Shown: positions 48,767 through 59,755, numbered from the stretch's first letter. The stretch is 64,000 bases of DNA from Bacilli bacterium (GCA_017527675.1 JAFXPU010000022.1:36554-100553); one strand, 5' to 3'. The notes: generated by a model not told the origin, from the letters alone. Numbers and translations are program-made.

Positions 48767-49288
48767 TTGGAAAAGTTTGTACCAGATATATATCAAAAAA
48801 GTATTTATACAATCAACTATGATTCTTTAATTCTTCGTGGTGTTAAATGCTTACTTTTTGATTTAGATAATACCTTAGTTCCAATCACTGATAAAAAACC
48901 TGATCAAAAGATAAAGGATTTATTTGTTGAATTAAAAGATAAAGGATTTAAAATTATTATCTTTTCTAATAGTTCTAAAAAACGTTTAAAACCATTTAAA
49001 GAGGAGTTAGGCGTTGATTGTTGTGCTCGCGCTTGTAAACCATCTCCTAAAAAATTTGTAAAAGTAATGTCTATTTACAATTTTGAATTTAGTGAAGTAG
49101 CTATAATAGGCGATTCTATCATGGATGATATTCGTGGTGGTAATAGAGTAGGAATTACAACTATATTAATAAACCAAATAGGAAAAAAAGAATTTCCATA
49201 TGCTTGGCTTAAAAGAAAAAGAGAAAATAAAATTTTAAAGAAATTAAGAAAATTAGATTTGTTTACTAAGGGAAGATATTATGACTAA
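48767..49288 (+). CDS. yqeG: YqeG-family HAD-superfamily phosphatase.
   Basis: DLDNTL motif I and the conserved yqeG-yqeH gene pair. Confidence 0.7.
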   Translation: MEKFVPDIYQKSIYTINYDSLILRGVKCLLFDLDNTLVPITDKKPDQKIKDLFVELKDKGFKIIIFSNSSKKRLKPFKEELGVDCCARACKPSPKKFVKVMSIYNFEFSEVAIIGDSIMDDIRGGNRVGITTILINQIGKKEFPYAWLKRKRENKILKKLRKLDLFTKGRYYD

Positions 49289-50273
49289 ATGTCTAGGCTG
49301 TGGAGCTATATTACAAAATAAAAAGATTAATGATGTTGGTTATGTTACTAATCTAGATAATAGTTTATGTACTAGGTGTTTTCGTATCAAAAATTATAAT
49401 GAATATAAAATAGTGGATGCGGATAATTCCAATTATTTAAAAATACTTGAGGGTGTTAATAAGACTAATGACTTAGTATTACTTGTTATAGATATTTTTG
49501 ATATACCAACTAGATTGAGTGAAATCAGAAATATTATCAAGAATGATATTATATTAGTTATCAATAAACGTGATATATTACCATCGTCTATTTATGATGC
49601 TAATATTATTAATTATTTTAAAAAGTTCAATTTGCATGAATTAGATATTGTTTTAGTAAGTAGTAAAAAGAATACTAATTTAGATGAATTGTATTCTTTA
49701 ATAAAAAAATATCAAAATAGTTTAAATGTTTATGTTGTTGGTTATACTAATGCTGGAAAGTCTTCTTTAATTAATAAATTAATTTATAATTATGCAGATA
49801 ATCGAAAATCTAGTATAACAGTTAGTAATATGCCTTCAACAACTATTGATACTATAGAAGTTAAATTAGATGATAATTTAGTTTTAATGGATACACCAGG
49901 TTTATTAAATGAAAATAGTATTATTAATAAAATAGATGGTAAGGAATTAAAACATATTATTCCAACATCTACAATTAAACCACGTGTATATCAAATAAAA
50001 TGTCCTCAACACATCTTTTTAGAAGATTATTTGAGAATAGATTTAAATAGTAATAATGATATAGTTTTTTACGTTGCTAATAATCTTAATATTGAAAGAA
50101 CATATAAAGAAACCGATAAATTATCTAATAAAAGGAAAATAACTTTACAAGTTAAGGAGAATAATGATATAGTTTTAGTAGGGTTAGGATTTATTAAGGT
50201 AAAGAAAAGTGCCTTAGTAACTTTATATGTTTCAAATAATATTGAAATTAGTTTAAGAGATAGTATGATATAG
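49281..50273 (+). CDS. yqeH: Ribosome biogenesis GTPase YqeH (circularly permuted GTPase).
   Basis: N-terminal zinc finger CLGCG...CTRC, NKRD, and G1 GYTNAGKSS following G4. Confidence 0.75.
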   Translation: MTKCLGCGAILQNKKINDVGYVTNLDNSLCTRCFRIKNYNEYKIVDADNSNYLKILEGVNKTNDLVLLVIDIFDIPTRLSEIRNIIKNDIILVINKRDILPSSIYDANIINYFKKFNLHELDIVLVSSKKNTNLDELYSLIKKYQNSLNVYVVGYTNAGKSSLINKLIYNYADNRKSSITVSNMPSTTIDTIEVKLDDNLVLMDTPGLLNENSIINKIDGKELKHIIPTSTIKPRVYQIKCPQHIFLEDYLRIDLNSNNDIVFYVANNLNIERTYKETDKLSNKRKITLQVKENNDIVLVGLGFIKVKKSALVTLYVSNNIEISLRDSMI

Positions 50274-50282
50274 GAGGTATTT

Positions 50283-51422
50283 ATGCCAAAGAAAAATGAA
50301 ACAGTAAATAATAATGAAATGTCTAAAGAAGAGTTAGATGCTTTAAAAGAACAATTAAAAAAGGAATTATTAATTGAAATGAAAAAAGATGAAGCTGAAA
50401 AATACAAACAAGAACAAGCTTTAAAAACTAGAATAGAAGAGTCAAATAAAACAGAGTTTAAAGTTCCAACTAAAAGTAAAATAGATAGGTTTGACCGTAA
50501 TATTCAAAAGGAAAATAAAGATTCACAAGTGGAGAATATTCAAGCATCATCAAATTATTTTTTAGTATTTGTTTTATTAATTGTTATAGCTGGAATATAT
50601 TTTATTCCTCAAATAGCTAATATGATAAAAAAGGATAATAAGTCAAAAGAAGTAGAAACTGAAGAAAAAGAAAAGAAGAAAAAAGAAGAAGAAAAAGTTA
50701 ATTATACTTGGAATGATGCTATTATTAAGGATATAACATTACCAATTATGCGTATTAGCCCTGGTAGTGCTGCTTCATATTATACTTTGGATAAAATGAC
50801 TGTTGAGAATATGTCTAATAATGAGATATTATTTAATGCTTTTGTAAATGTATATACTGGAAATATTGGTTATTATCAAGGTGGCTACGATGGTGTATTC
50901 TGTGGTAGTGCGGATCAACAAAGAGAGTTAAATGCTAAATACATAGATGCACGTGTTGATAATTTGTTTACCAAAAATACAAAATATACTCATGAAGATT
51001 TTTATGTTCCATTTACTGTTGGTTCAGCGTATTATGGTTTATGGCGTTTTAATCCTAATACTTATAGTTATGTTTATTATGGAGAATGTAATCCACAAGG
51101 TCTTGCTGGAGAATTCTACTACGATATTTTAGTTAAAGATGAAATTAAAACATCTAAAGATGGTAAAACAGCATATTTAACGTATAGTATGGGATTTGCT
51201 AAAATGATTGGTGATTCATATGAGATATATCGTGATGCTAATTATACTAATTTACTTATCAGTGATACTTTTAAAACAAATAATCAAGAAAAAGAACTTG
51301 AAAATGTATTTGCTGACTATGTTAAAGATCATGATGTGAATAAATATAAATACACATATAGTAAAAAAGATTGCAGTTATTCAGATTTATGTTATATAAG
51401 TGGTGAATGGATTAATGAATGA
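50283..51422 (+). CDS. Membrane-anchored hypothetical protein with a coiled-coil N-terminus and an extracytoplasmic Tyr/Gly-rich domain.
   Basis: One TM (aa ~95-115) and K/E-rich segments. Confidence 0.4.
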   Translation: MPKKNETVNNNEMSKEELDALKEQLKKELLIEMKKDEAEKYKQEQALKTRIEESNKTEFKVPTKSKIDRFDRNIQKENKDSQVENIQASSNYFLVFVLLIVIAGIYFIPQIANMIKKDNKSKEVETEEKEKKKKEEEKVNYTWNDAIIKDITLPIMRISPGSAASYYTLDKMTVENMSNNEILFNAFVNVYTGNIGYYQGGYDGVFCGSADQQRELNAKYIDARVDNLFTKNTKYTHEDFYVPFTVGSAYYGLWRFNPNTYSYVYYGECNPQGLAGEFYYDILVKDEIKTSKDGKTAYLTYSMGFAKMIGDSYEIYRDANYTNLLISDTFKTNNQEKELENVFADYVKDHDVNKYKYTYSKKDCSYSDLCYISGEWINE

Positions 51423-51633
51423 TTTAGGATTTGAAAACCGTAAAGCATTTATTGAAAGAGCACGTGATGAAAGAATATTAAATACTATACAAAATAGTCA
51501 TATGCAAGCACCAAAGACTCGTGTTGCTCGTGAAATGAGTAATTATCACAAGCAAGCAAGATTTGACAATAATGTAAAAATGAGCGGTATGCATAAGGAA
51601 AATTTTAATATGAATTTTAATAAAAAAATATAA
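51400..51633 (+). CDS. Small hypothetical protein.
   Basis: ORF overlapping the upstream gene end. Confidence 0.3.
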   Translation: MVNGLMNDLGFENRKAFIERARDERILNTIQNSHMQAPKTRVAREMSNYHKQARFDNNVKMSGMHKENFNMNFNKKI

Positions 51634-51673
51634 AACATTTGATAAAATCAAATGTTTTTTAAAAGGAGTAAGT

Positions 51674-54490
51674 ATGGATAAAATAGTTATAAAGGGTGCT
51701 CGTGAAAATAATTTAAAAAATATTAATTTAGAGCTTCCTAAAAATAAATTAATCGTTATGACTGGTGTATCTGGTTCGGGTAAGAGTAGTTTAGCTTTTG
51801 ATACCATTTATGCTGAAGGAGAAAGACGTTATATAGAATCATTAAATGCTTATGCTCGTCAGTTTTTAGGTGGCTCATCTAAACCGGATGTTGATTCTAT
51901 TGAGGGTTTATCACCAGCTATATCTATTGATCAAAAATCAACTAATAATAATCCACGTTCAACAGTGGGTACAATAACAGAAATATATGATTATTTAAGG
52001 CTTTTATATGCTCGTATTGGTGTTCCATATTGTCCAAATCATCATATAGCTATCTCTTCTCAAAGTATTGAGGAGATGGTTAATCAAGTTCTTAAATTAG
52101 AAGAGGGTACTAAAATAAGAGTTCTCGCACCTATTATAGATGGAGAAAAGGGTACTCATAAGGAACTTATAAATGATCTTAAAAAAGAAGGATTTGTAAG
52201 ATTAATTATTGACGATGAAGAAGTAGATTTGACAGAAGAAATAGATTTATCTAAAACTAAAAAACACCATATTTTAATTGTTATAGATCGTTTAATTATT
52301 AAAGAAGGAATACGTTCTCGTTTATATGAGGCTATTGAACTAGCATCTAAGAAGGCTAATGGTAAAGTAGTTATTAATGTTATTGGTGGCGATGACTTTA
52401 CTATGAGTGAAAAATATGCTTGCCCAAAATGTGATTTTTCACTTCCAGAATTAGAACCACGTATGTTTTCTTTTAATGCCCCATATGGAGCTTGTCCTAA
52501 TTGTAATGGACTTGGTGTTAAACAAAAAATAGATGTTGATATGCTTATTCCAGATCGCGATAAAAGTATAAATGAGGGTGGAATATTAGCTATTAACTTA
52601 GATTCTAATATTTTAGCTACCCAAATAAGTACAGTTGCAAAATATTATAATATTGATCTTAATAAACCAATATCAAAATTAAAGAAAAGTGAATTAGATA
52701 TTATTTTATATGGTTCAAATGAACCAATAAAATTCAACTATTTATCTAATAATGGTAATACTCGTAGTACAGTTGACTATTTTGAAGGTATTGTTACTAA
52801 TTTAGAAAGACGCTACATTGAAACAAAAAGTTCTTGGATTCGTGAGTGGATAGATAAATTTATGATGGAACTAGAATGTCCTATTTGTCATGGCGCTAGA
52901 CTTAATAACGATGTTTTAGCAGTTAAAATAAATGGTAGAAGTATCTACGATTTATGCTTACTTTCTATTAAGGATTTATTATTATTTTTTAAAAATATTA
53001 AATTAAATAAGACTGAAAAACAAATATCTGAACTTATAATTAAAGAAATAATGTCTCGTTTGGAATTTTTATCTAACGTAGGTATTGAGTATTTAAATTT
53101 AGCCCGTTCAGCAGCAACTCTATCAGGTGGTGAAGCTCAAAGAATTCGTTTAGCAACGCAAATAGGATCTAAATTAACTGGGGTATTATATGTTTTAGAT
53201 GAACCAAGTATTGGTTTACATCAATCCGATAATGCTAAACTTATTAATTCTTTAAAACAAATGCGTGATTTAGGTAATACGTTAATAGTTGTTGAACATG
53301 ATACGGATACCATGTTAGCAGCTGATTATTTAGTTGATGTTGGACCATATGCAGGTATTCATGGTGGAAAAATAATGGCTGCAGGTACTCCTAAGGAGGT
53401 TATGGCAAATCCAAATAGTTTAACCGGTAAATATTTAACTGGCGAACTTAAAATAGATGTACCTGAATCTAGACGTAAGGGAACAGGTAAATATCTTGAA
53501 ATAAAAGGAGCATCTGAAAATAATTTAAAAAATATTAATGTTAAATTTCCATTAGGTAAATTTATTTGCGTTACCGGTGTATCTGGTTCTGGTAAATCTA
53601 CTTTAGTAAATCAAATATTATCTAATGCTTTATATTTAAATATTTATCATTCAAAGGTTAAACCTGGTAAACATAAAAAGATTATTGGCCTTGATAATAT
53701 TGATAAGGTTGTTAATATTTCTCAAGAACCAATTGGCCGTACTCCAAGATCAAATCCGGCCACTTATGTTGGTGTTTTTGATGATATTCGTGATTTATTT
53801 GCGGAAACAAATGAGGCAAAAGCTTTAGGATATGATAAATCTAGATTTTCCTTTAATGTTAAAGGTGGACGTTGTGAAGCCTGTTGGGGTGATGGTGTTA
53901 AAAGAATTGAAATGCACTTTTTACCTGATGTATATGTTCCTTGTGATGTATGTGGTGGTACACGCTACAACAGTGAAACTCTAAATATTAAATTTAAAGA
54001 TAAAAGCATTTATGATGTACTTGAAATGCGTGTTGAAGAAGCTTTAGAATTCTTTAAAAACTTTCCAAAGATTAAAAATAAATTACAAATGTTAAATGAT
54101 GTAGGCTTGTCTTATATTAAACTAGGTCAATCATCAACAACATTATCTGGTGGAGAAGCACAAAGAATTAAACTTGCTAAGGAATTACAGAAAAAACCAA
54201 CTGGTAAAAGTATCTTTATTTTAGATGAACCAACTACTGGTCTACACCAAGATGATATTAAAAAATTACTTGTTATATTACAAAAAATTGTTGATAATGG
54301 TGATACTATTTTGGTTATTGAACATAATCTTGATGTTATTAAAGTAGCCGATTATATTATTGATTTAGGGCCTAATGGTGGAGATGCTGGTGGAACAATT
54401 GTTGCAACTGGTACACCTGAAGAAATAGTTAAAATAAAAAATAGTTTAACAGGTCAATATTTAAAACCATTATTGGAGGTTAAAAAATGA
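51674..54490 (+). CDS. uvrA: Excinuclease ABC subunit A.
   Basis: 938 aa, two ABC modules (GVSGSGKSS / GVSGSGKST, LSGGEAQR x2) and zinc-finger Cys clusters. Confidence 0.95.
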   Translation: MDKIVIKGARENNLKNINLELPKNKLIVMTGVSGSGKSSLAFDTIYAEGERRYIESLNAYARQFLGGSSKPDVDSIEGLSPAISIDQKSTNNNPRSTVGTITEIYDYLRLLYARIGVPYCPNHHIAISSQSIEEMVNQVLKLEEGTKIRVLAPIIDGEKGTHKELINDLKKEGFVRLIIDDEEVDLTEEIDLSKTKKHHILIVIDRLIIKEGIRSRLYEAIELASKKANGKVVINVIGGDDFTMSEKYACPKCDFSLPELEPRMFSFNAPYGACPNCNGLGVKQKIDVDMLIPDRDKSINEGGILAINLDSNILATQISTVAKYYNIDLNKPISKLKKSELDIILYGSNEPIKFNYLSNNGNTRSTVDYFEGIVTNLERRYIETKSSWIREWIDKFMMELECPICHGARLNNDVLAVKINGRSIYDLCLLSIKDLLLFFKNIKLNKTEKQISELIIKEIMSRLEFLSNVGIEYLNLARSAATLSGGEAQRIRLATQIGSKLTGVLYVLDEPSIGLHQSDNAKLINSLKQMRDLGNTLIVVEHDTDTMLAADYLVDVGPYAGIHGGKIMAAGTPKEVMANPNSLTGKYLTGELKIDVPESRRKGTGKYLEIKGASENNLKNINVKFPLGKFICVTGVSGSGKSTLVNQILSNALYLNIYHSKVKPGKHKKIIGLDNIDKVVNISQEPIGRTPRSNPATYVGVFDDIRDLFAETNEAKALGYDKSRFSFNVKGGRCEACWGDGVKRIEMHFLPDVYVPCDVCGGTRYNSETLNIKFKDKSIYDVLEMRVEEALEFFKNFPKIKNKLQMLNDVGLSYIKLGQSSTTLSGGEAQRIKLAKELQKKPTGKSIFILDEPTTGLHQDDIKKLLVILQKIVDNGDTILVIEHNLDVIKVADYIIDLGPNGGDAGGTIVATGTPEEIVKIKNSLTGQYLKPLLEVKK

Positions 54491-54984
54491 ATTTAGAATA
54501 TGAATGGACAAGGGATGATTTAAAAAATGTTCTTGTTAAAAAAAGAAGAATAACTACGATTATAATTTTAATAATTGGTGTAGCTTTTTACTTTTATTTA
54601 ACAATGTTTGGCTTTTTAAATGAATTCTTTGATAGTTTTAAACTATTTTTAGGTTTCTTAGCATACTTTGCAATACTATATTTGATTTTATATTTAATAA
54701 ACATTTTCTATATAAATTTAAATTTAAAAAGAAATGATAAAAGAACTAATAAAGCTTATGGTAAATATATAATTAAAATGAATGATAGACAAATAGAGTC
54801 AGATTTCAACGATCAAAAAATAGTTTATAAGTGGAATGATATTTCAAAACTAAAGATAAGAAAAAAATATTTTTTTATTAGAACAAAAAATGATTTTATT
54901 GGTTTAACATTTAGAAAAGATATGTTAAAAGATGACTATGATAAAATTCTTAATTATGTTAAAGACAAAACAACTATAAAGTAG
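54487..54984 (+). CDS. YcxB-like membrane protein, hypothetical.
   Basis: Two TM helices followed by a small cytoplasmic domain. Confidence 0.35.
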   Translation: MNLEYEWTRDDLKNVLVKKRRITTIIILIIGVAFYFYLTMFGFLNEFFDSFKLFLGFLAYFAILYLILYLINIFYINLNLKRNDKRTNKAYGKYIIKMNDRQIESDFNDQKIVYKWNDISKLKIRKKYFFIRTKNDFIGLTFRKDMLKDDYDKILNYVKDKTTIK

Positions 54985-55018
54985 TTGTTTTTCTAATAAA
55001 ATTAATAAAGGTGATATT

Positions 55019-55528
55019 ATGGAAAATATAATTGGACAATTACTAACTTTTTTAAGTTATGTTGTTTTTGGAATTTCAAGATTTAAAAAGAACAAAAAAG
55101 ATATTCTTTTATATGATAACATAAGTAGATTTTTTGCTATTGCTGCTTTTGCTGTTTTAAAAACATATGCTGGTATAAAAAATACAATATATGTACTTGT
55201 TAGAAATTATGTTGGTGATAAAGTAAAAAACAATAGTAAAAAAGTAAAATTTTTATCATTTATAATAATGCTAATTATTTTATTCATAATGTATTTGTTT
55301 GATAAAATAGATATTTCTATTATATGTATTGCATTATGTGGAATAACAAATTTATATGGTGTAATTATGTGTGACGAGCAAGGAATAAGATTATGGGGCA
55401 TGATTGGATCTATCTTCTATGCTATTTTTCTATTTGCAACAGCAAATTTAGTTGGTGGCATATGTGAGATAATATGTTTTATAGTTAGTTTATTAAGCTA
55501 TATTAAATATGCAAAAAAGGCAAATTAA
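55019..55528 (+). CDS. Small polytopic inner-membrane protein (YgjV-like), hypothetical.
   Basis: About five TM helices. Confidence 0.35.
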   Translation: MENIIGQLLTFLSYVVFGISRFKKNKKDILLYDNISRFFAIAAFAVLKTYAGIKNTIYVLVRNYVGDKVKNNSKKVKFLSFIIMLIILFIMYLFDKIDISIICIALCGITNLYGVIMCDEQGIRLWGMIGSIFYAIFLFATANLVGGICEIICFIVSLLSYIKYAKKAN

Positions 55529-55587
55529 TTGCTTTTTTTGTTGTATTTTTTTATCTTTTCTAGTATTATTAATACTAGGTGATTTAA

Positions 55588-57897
55588 ATGTTAGAATTAA
55601 AAAATATTTCTAAAACGTATCAAACTGGTACATTTAGACAAACAGCCTTAAATAATGTTAGTTTAAAATTTAGAAAGAATGAGTTTGTATCTATTTTAGG
55701 TGCATCTGGTTCTGGTAAAACTACTTTATTAAATATTATTGGAGGTTTAGACCATTATGATGAAGGGGATTTAATTATAAATAATAAATCTACTAAAAAG
55801 TTTAAAAATCATGATTGGGATTCATACCGTAATAACTGTATTGGTTTTATCTTTCAAAGTTATAATTTAATAGGTCATATTTCTGTTTTAGATAACGTAG
55901 AAATGGGTATGACTTTATCCGGTATTTCAGCTAAGAAAAGGAAAGAAAAAGCTAAAGAAGCTTTAAAAAGAGTAGGCTTAGAAGATCATATGCATAAAAG
56001 ACCTAATCAATTATCTGGTGGTCAGATGCAACGTGTTGCTATAGCCCGTGCCCTTGCAAATGATCCAGATGTTATTTTAGCTGATGAACCAACAGGAGCA
56101 TTAGATACGAAAACAAGTATTCAAATTATGGATTTAATTAAGGAAATAGCTAAAGATAAATTAGTTATTATGGTTACTCATAATCCAGATTTAGCTAAAG
56201 AATATGCTAATCGTATTATTGAACTTAAAGATGGTGAAGTAATTAATGATTCTAATCCAATTAAGAAAGATGAAAAAGATGATAAAAAATTAAAAATTAA
56301 AAAGACTGCAATGAGTTTCTTTACAGCATTAAAATTATCATTTAACAATATTAGAACTAAAAAAGGTCGTACTTTAATTACAGCTTTTGCTTCATCAATA
56401 GGTATCATTGGTATAGCTTTAATATTATCTTTATCAAATGGATTTAAAATTGAAATAGATAAATTTGAAAAACAATCATTATCTAAATCACCAATAATTA
56501 TATCTTCAATTTCAATGTCTTCTGATACCTCAACATATTCATCTGTTGGTAGTGGTGATTCAAGTTTAGAAAAATATACTAAAAAAGAAAAAGTATATGC
56601 TAAAGAAGATGTTATGGAATCATTATTCCATATTAACAATATAAATAAAGATTATATGGATTATTTATCTGGTTTAGATATGAGTAATGTCGCTGGTGTT
56701 ACTTATGATCGTGGTACTAGTTTAATTTTAGTTCGCAAAGACAACAAAGGTAAATATGGTTTAATGAATACAACTAGTTTGATGACTGGCGAAACTACTT
56801 TAACATTACTTCCAACAACACCTAAAAATCAAGAAGGTGTCTTAGAATCAATGTATGATGTTATAGCTGGAGAAATTAATTATGATGAACCAGGTTTAGT
56901 ATTACAAGTAGATATGCGCAATCAAATATTTGCATCAACATTAGAACAATTAGGATTCAAAAAAACTGACGATGTTTCATTTAATAAAATCTTAGGAAAA
57001 GAATTACGTGTTGTATTTAATGATGATTATTATATGGAAATTGATAATCGTTTTATTCCAAATCAAGATTATGAATCATTATATAATAGTGAAAATTCAT
57101 ACACAATTAAAGTCCAAGCAATTATTCGTGGTAAACAAGACCAAGAATTAATTACTGGTAGTGGTTCTGGTTTATGTTATAATCAAGCGCTTGCTGATTT
57201 AATTATTGAACATAATAAAGATTCTAGAATAGTTCAAGCTCAATTAGCAGCTGATTATAATATTTTAACAACATCTTTATTTGATGAAACAATAACTAAA
57301 GAAACATTATTAGGTAAATTAGGTTATGAATCAATCCCAACATCAATTTATATTTATCCAAATAGTTTTGATGGTAAAGAAAAAATAACAGAATATTTAG
57401 ATAAATATAATGATGGTAAGAAAGATAAAGATCAAATAAAATATACTGATATGGCAGCTATGATATCATCTTTATCTGGTAATATTATGGATGCTATTAC
57501 AATTGTCTTAATTGCATTCTCATCTATATCTTTAATAGTATCAAGTATTATGATAGGTATTATTACTTATATTAGTGTTTTAGAAAGAACAAAAGAGATT
57601 GGTATTTTAAGAAGCTTAGGTGCTCGTGCTAAAGATATTAAACGTGTATTTATTGCTGAAACATTTATTATTGGTCTTTCATCTGGTTTACTTGGTGTTT
57701 TGATTGCTAGACTTTTAATTATTCCAATTAATAAAGTAATATATAATTTAACAAGTTTATCTGGTGTAGCTAGAATGAATATTAAACATATTGTTGCTTT
57801 ATTACTTGTTTCAACAACCTTAACAATTATAGGTGGATATATTCCAGCTAAAATAGCATCTAAGAAAAAACCAGTAGATTCATTAAGAAGTGAGTAA
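55588..57897 (+). CDS. MacB-like ABC transporter (fused FtsE-like ATPase and FtsX-like permease).
   Basis: Walker A GASGSGKTT, LSGGQMQRVAIARAL, Walker B ILADEPTGALD, and C-terminal FtsX-type TM helices. Confidence 0.8.
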   Translation: MLELKNISKTYQTGTFRQTALNNVSLKFRKNEFVSILGASGSGKTTLLNIIGGLDHYDEGDLIINNKSTKKFKNHDWDSYRNNCIGFIFQSYNLIGHISVLDNVEMGMTLSGISAKKRKEKAKEALKRVGLEDHMHKRPNQLSGGQMQRVAIARALANDPDVILADEPTGALDTKTSIQIMDLIKEIAKDKLVIMVTHNPDLAKEYANRIIELKDGEVINDSNPIKKDEKDDKKLKIKKTAMSFFTALKLSFNNIRTKKGRTLITAFASSIGIIGIALILSLSNGFKIEIDKFEKQSLSKSPIIISSISMSSDTSTYSSVGSGDSSLEKYTKKEKVYAKEDVMESLFHINNINKDYMDYLSGLDMSNVAGVTYDRGTSLILVRKDNKGKYGLMNTTSLMTGETTLTLLPTTPKNQEGVLESMYDVIAGEINYDEPGLVLQVDMRNQIFASTLEQLGFKKTDDVSFNKILGKELRVVFNDDYYMEIDNRFIPNQDYESLYNSENSYTIKVQAIIRGKQDQELITGSGSGLCYNQALADLIIEHNKDSRIVQAQLAADYNILTTSLFDETITKETLLGKLGYESIPTSIYIYPNSFDGKEKITEYLDKYNDGKKDKDQIKYTDMAAMISSLSGNIMDAITIVLIAFSSISLIVSSIMIGIITYISVLERTKEIGILRSLGARAKDIKRVFIAETFIIGLSSGLLGVLIARLLIIPINKVIYNLTSLSGVARMNIKHIVALLLVSTTLTIIGGYIPAKIASKKKPVDSLRSE

Positions 57898-57913
57898 TCA
57901 CTTCTTTTTTATT
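57888..57913 (+). terminator. Rho-independent terminator with the stop codon in the loop.
   Basis: GAAGTGA-GTAA-TCACTTC followed by a T-run. Confidence 0.55.
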
Positions 57914-57965
57914 GCAACTTTATATAACTTTTGCTATAATAATTGATAAGTTTTGAGGTGGTAGT

Positions 57966-58556
57966 ATGACAAACTTTAATATTAATAATCATATGTTTAT
58001 GTTTATGATTGAAAATGGTAATATTTATTTATTATTAAAAAGAAAAGATAATAAAATAATTGTGCCTAAATACAATTATGATGGTGAAGGAACAATTGAA
58101 AAATCCATTGCTTTATCTTTTTATAAAGATGCTAATGTTAAAGGAATTATGTATCACCAATGTCATACATTTTCCAAAAACAATAATATTGATATTATAT
58201 TTGTATCAATTACTAATCGCAGTCTTGCCTCAAAAATGAATGAAGATTTTATGTGGTATTCATTGAATGAAACTGATAATAAAATAATACCAGAACATGT
58301 TATAGATTATTTAAAAACATATTTAAATAAAATAGATAATATTAGAAATATTTTACCAAAATATTTTTCATTAAAAGAATTACAAACATTATACGAAAAT
58401 ATATTTAAGACTACGTATGATAGACGTAATTTTAGGAAAAGATTAATTAATCTTGGTATTGTAAAAACAGATGAAGAATATGCACATAATGGTTCCAATG
58501 GTAGACCAAATAAATTATATTCATTTACAGATTTAAAAAATATTAATATAATGTAG
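57966..58556 (+). CDS. Nudix-like / NrtR-type putative transcriptional regulator (degenerate Nudix fold with a C-terminal winged helix), tentative.
   Basis: The C-terminal LQTLYENIFKTTYDRRNFRKRLINLGIV resembles the NrtR wHTH. The N-terminus lacks an intact Nudix box. Confidence 0.3.
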   Translation: MTNFNINNHMFMFMIENGNIYLLLKRKDNKIIVPKYNYDGEGTIEKSIALSFYKDANVKGIMYHQCHTFSKNNNIDIIFVSITNRSLASKMNEDFMWYSLNETDNKIIPEHVIDYLKTYLNKIDNIRNILPKYFSLKELQTLYENIFKTTYDRRNFRKRLINLGIVKTDEEYAHNGSNGRPNKLYSFTDLKNINIM

Positions 58557-58574
58557 TATTAGCTGTGGGGTTCT

Positions 58575-59468
58575 ATGGAAAAAATTAATTTAACTAAATA
58601 TCGATTAAATCATTTAATCAAATATAAATTAAGTAAAAATGTTATAGCTACGGAAGGAAAAATATATTATTATCCTCATAAGACAAATTGGACAAATGAA
58701 ATGAAAGTTTTAAAAATGTTTTATAGAGATTTAACTGAAGATAGGGTAGCTAATATTGAGTTTTTAAGTGAATATAAAAAAGAATTAGAAAGTATTTCAT
58801 CATTGGTTTTACCAGATGCGTTAGTATCATATTATGGTAAAGATAGAGGAATTATCATGCCTTATGTTGAAAATACTAATTTAGCTGATTTTTTAATGTT
58901 TGATGATGTAGATCAAACTGTTAAATTAAGACATTTAAAAGAAGTAGGGAAGATACTAGAAGAAATATCTTTACTGCGTAAATATAATTCCGATTTAAAA
59001 GACTTTGCTATTGGTGATTTACATGAAGCAAATACTATTATTGAATCTTCAACAAATAGAATTAAGTTTGTTGATATTGATTCTGCCTATACGGGTTCAT
59101 ATATATCTGCTTCTAAGTATTTAACTTTAAATATTAATTTAGAATCATTATCAAATAAATATCCTATGAATGAAGATGAATCAATTATTCCAAATGAACA
59201 AACTGATTTATATTGTTATCATATGATGATTTTAAATTATATGTATCGTGATAATATAGCTGATTTACCAATTGATGAATTCTATTACTATTTAGAATAT
59301 TTGAAAAAGATTGGTATGAATAAAAATTTTTTAGAATCATGTTCTAGATTATATACTAGTCAGGAAAACATTAATCCTAAGGATTATCTTGATAACATTG
59401 GTGTAAATGTTTCACGTGCTTCAAGAAAAATATATGAAAAATGCAAAGATAAAATAATGAATATCTAG
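58575..59468 (+). CDS. Protein-kinase-like fold phosphotransferase (APH/choline-kinase-like family).
   Basis: IGDLHEANTII (HxDxxxxN-like catalytic loop) and FVDIDSA (DxD metal-binding) motifs. Confidence 0.45.
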   Translation: MEKINLTKYRLNHLIKYKLSKNVIATEGKIYYYPHKTNWTNEMKVLKMFYRDLTEDRVANIEFLSEYKKELESISSLVLPDALVSYYGKDRGIIMPYVENTNLADFLMFDDVDQTVKLRHLKEVGKILEEISLLRKYNSDLKDFAIGDLHEANTIIESSTNRIKFVDIDSAYTGSYISASKYLTLNINLESLSNKYPMNEDESIIPNEQTDLYCYHMMILNYMYRDNIADLPIDEFYYYLEYLKKIGMNKNFLESCSRLYTSQENINPKDYLDNIGVNVSRASRKIYEKCKDKIMNI

Positions 59469-59477
59469 GATTGATAT

Positions 59478-59627
59478 ATGGATAAGAATATTGATAAACG
59501 TATTGAAGATTTAGAAAATGAAACTAAAAATTTAAAAAAGATAGTTAATGAATGTAAATTTGAAATGAAGAAGATGTATTTACAATTACAAGCTAAAAAT
59601 AAGGAATTAAAAAAGAATAAAGCATAA
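59478..59627 (+). CDS. 49-aa coiled-coil small protein, hypothetical.
   Basis: AGGA RBS, heptad-like K/E pattern, and a terminator hairpin downstream (59627-59654). Confidence 0.25.
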   Translation: MDKNIDKRIEDLENETKNLKKIVNECKFEMKKMYLQLQAKNKELKKNKA

Positions 59628-59634
59628 AATAGTA

Positions 59635-59663
59635 TTGACATACTATTTTTATTTTGATATAAT
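59635..59663 (+). promoter_or_regulatory. Consensus sigma-A promoter of the str operon (TTGACA-17-TATAAT).
   Basis: Exact consensus hexamers with a 17-nt spacer, ~90 nt upstream of rpsL. Confidence 0.6.
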
Positions 59664-59755
59664 TTTTTAGGTTGGAAAAAATTAGGTTTGCAATGGCAAA
59701 CTTTTAATTAAGTCCAAAATGAAACACCTGGAAGTGTGTTAAGAAAGGAGATTAT

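Noticed and set aside
50283-51422. Considered the coiled-coil/TM protein after yqeH as part of an accessory island.
   Set aside because: It lies within an otherwise syntenic housekeeping run (yqeG-yqeH … uvrA) and has no mobility or defence hallmarks. It was left as a hypothetical membrane protein.
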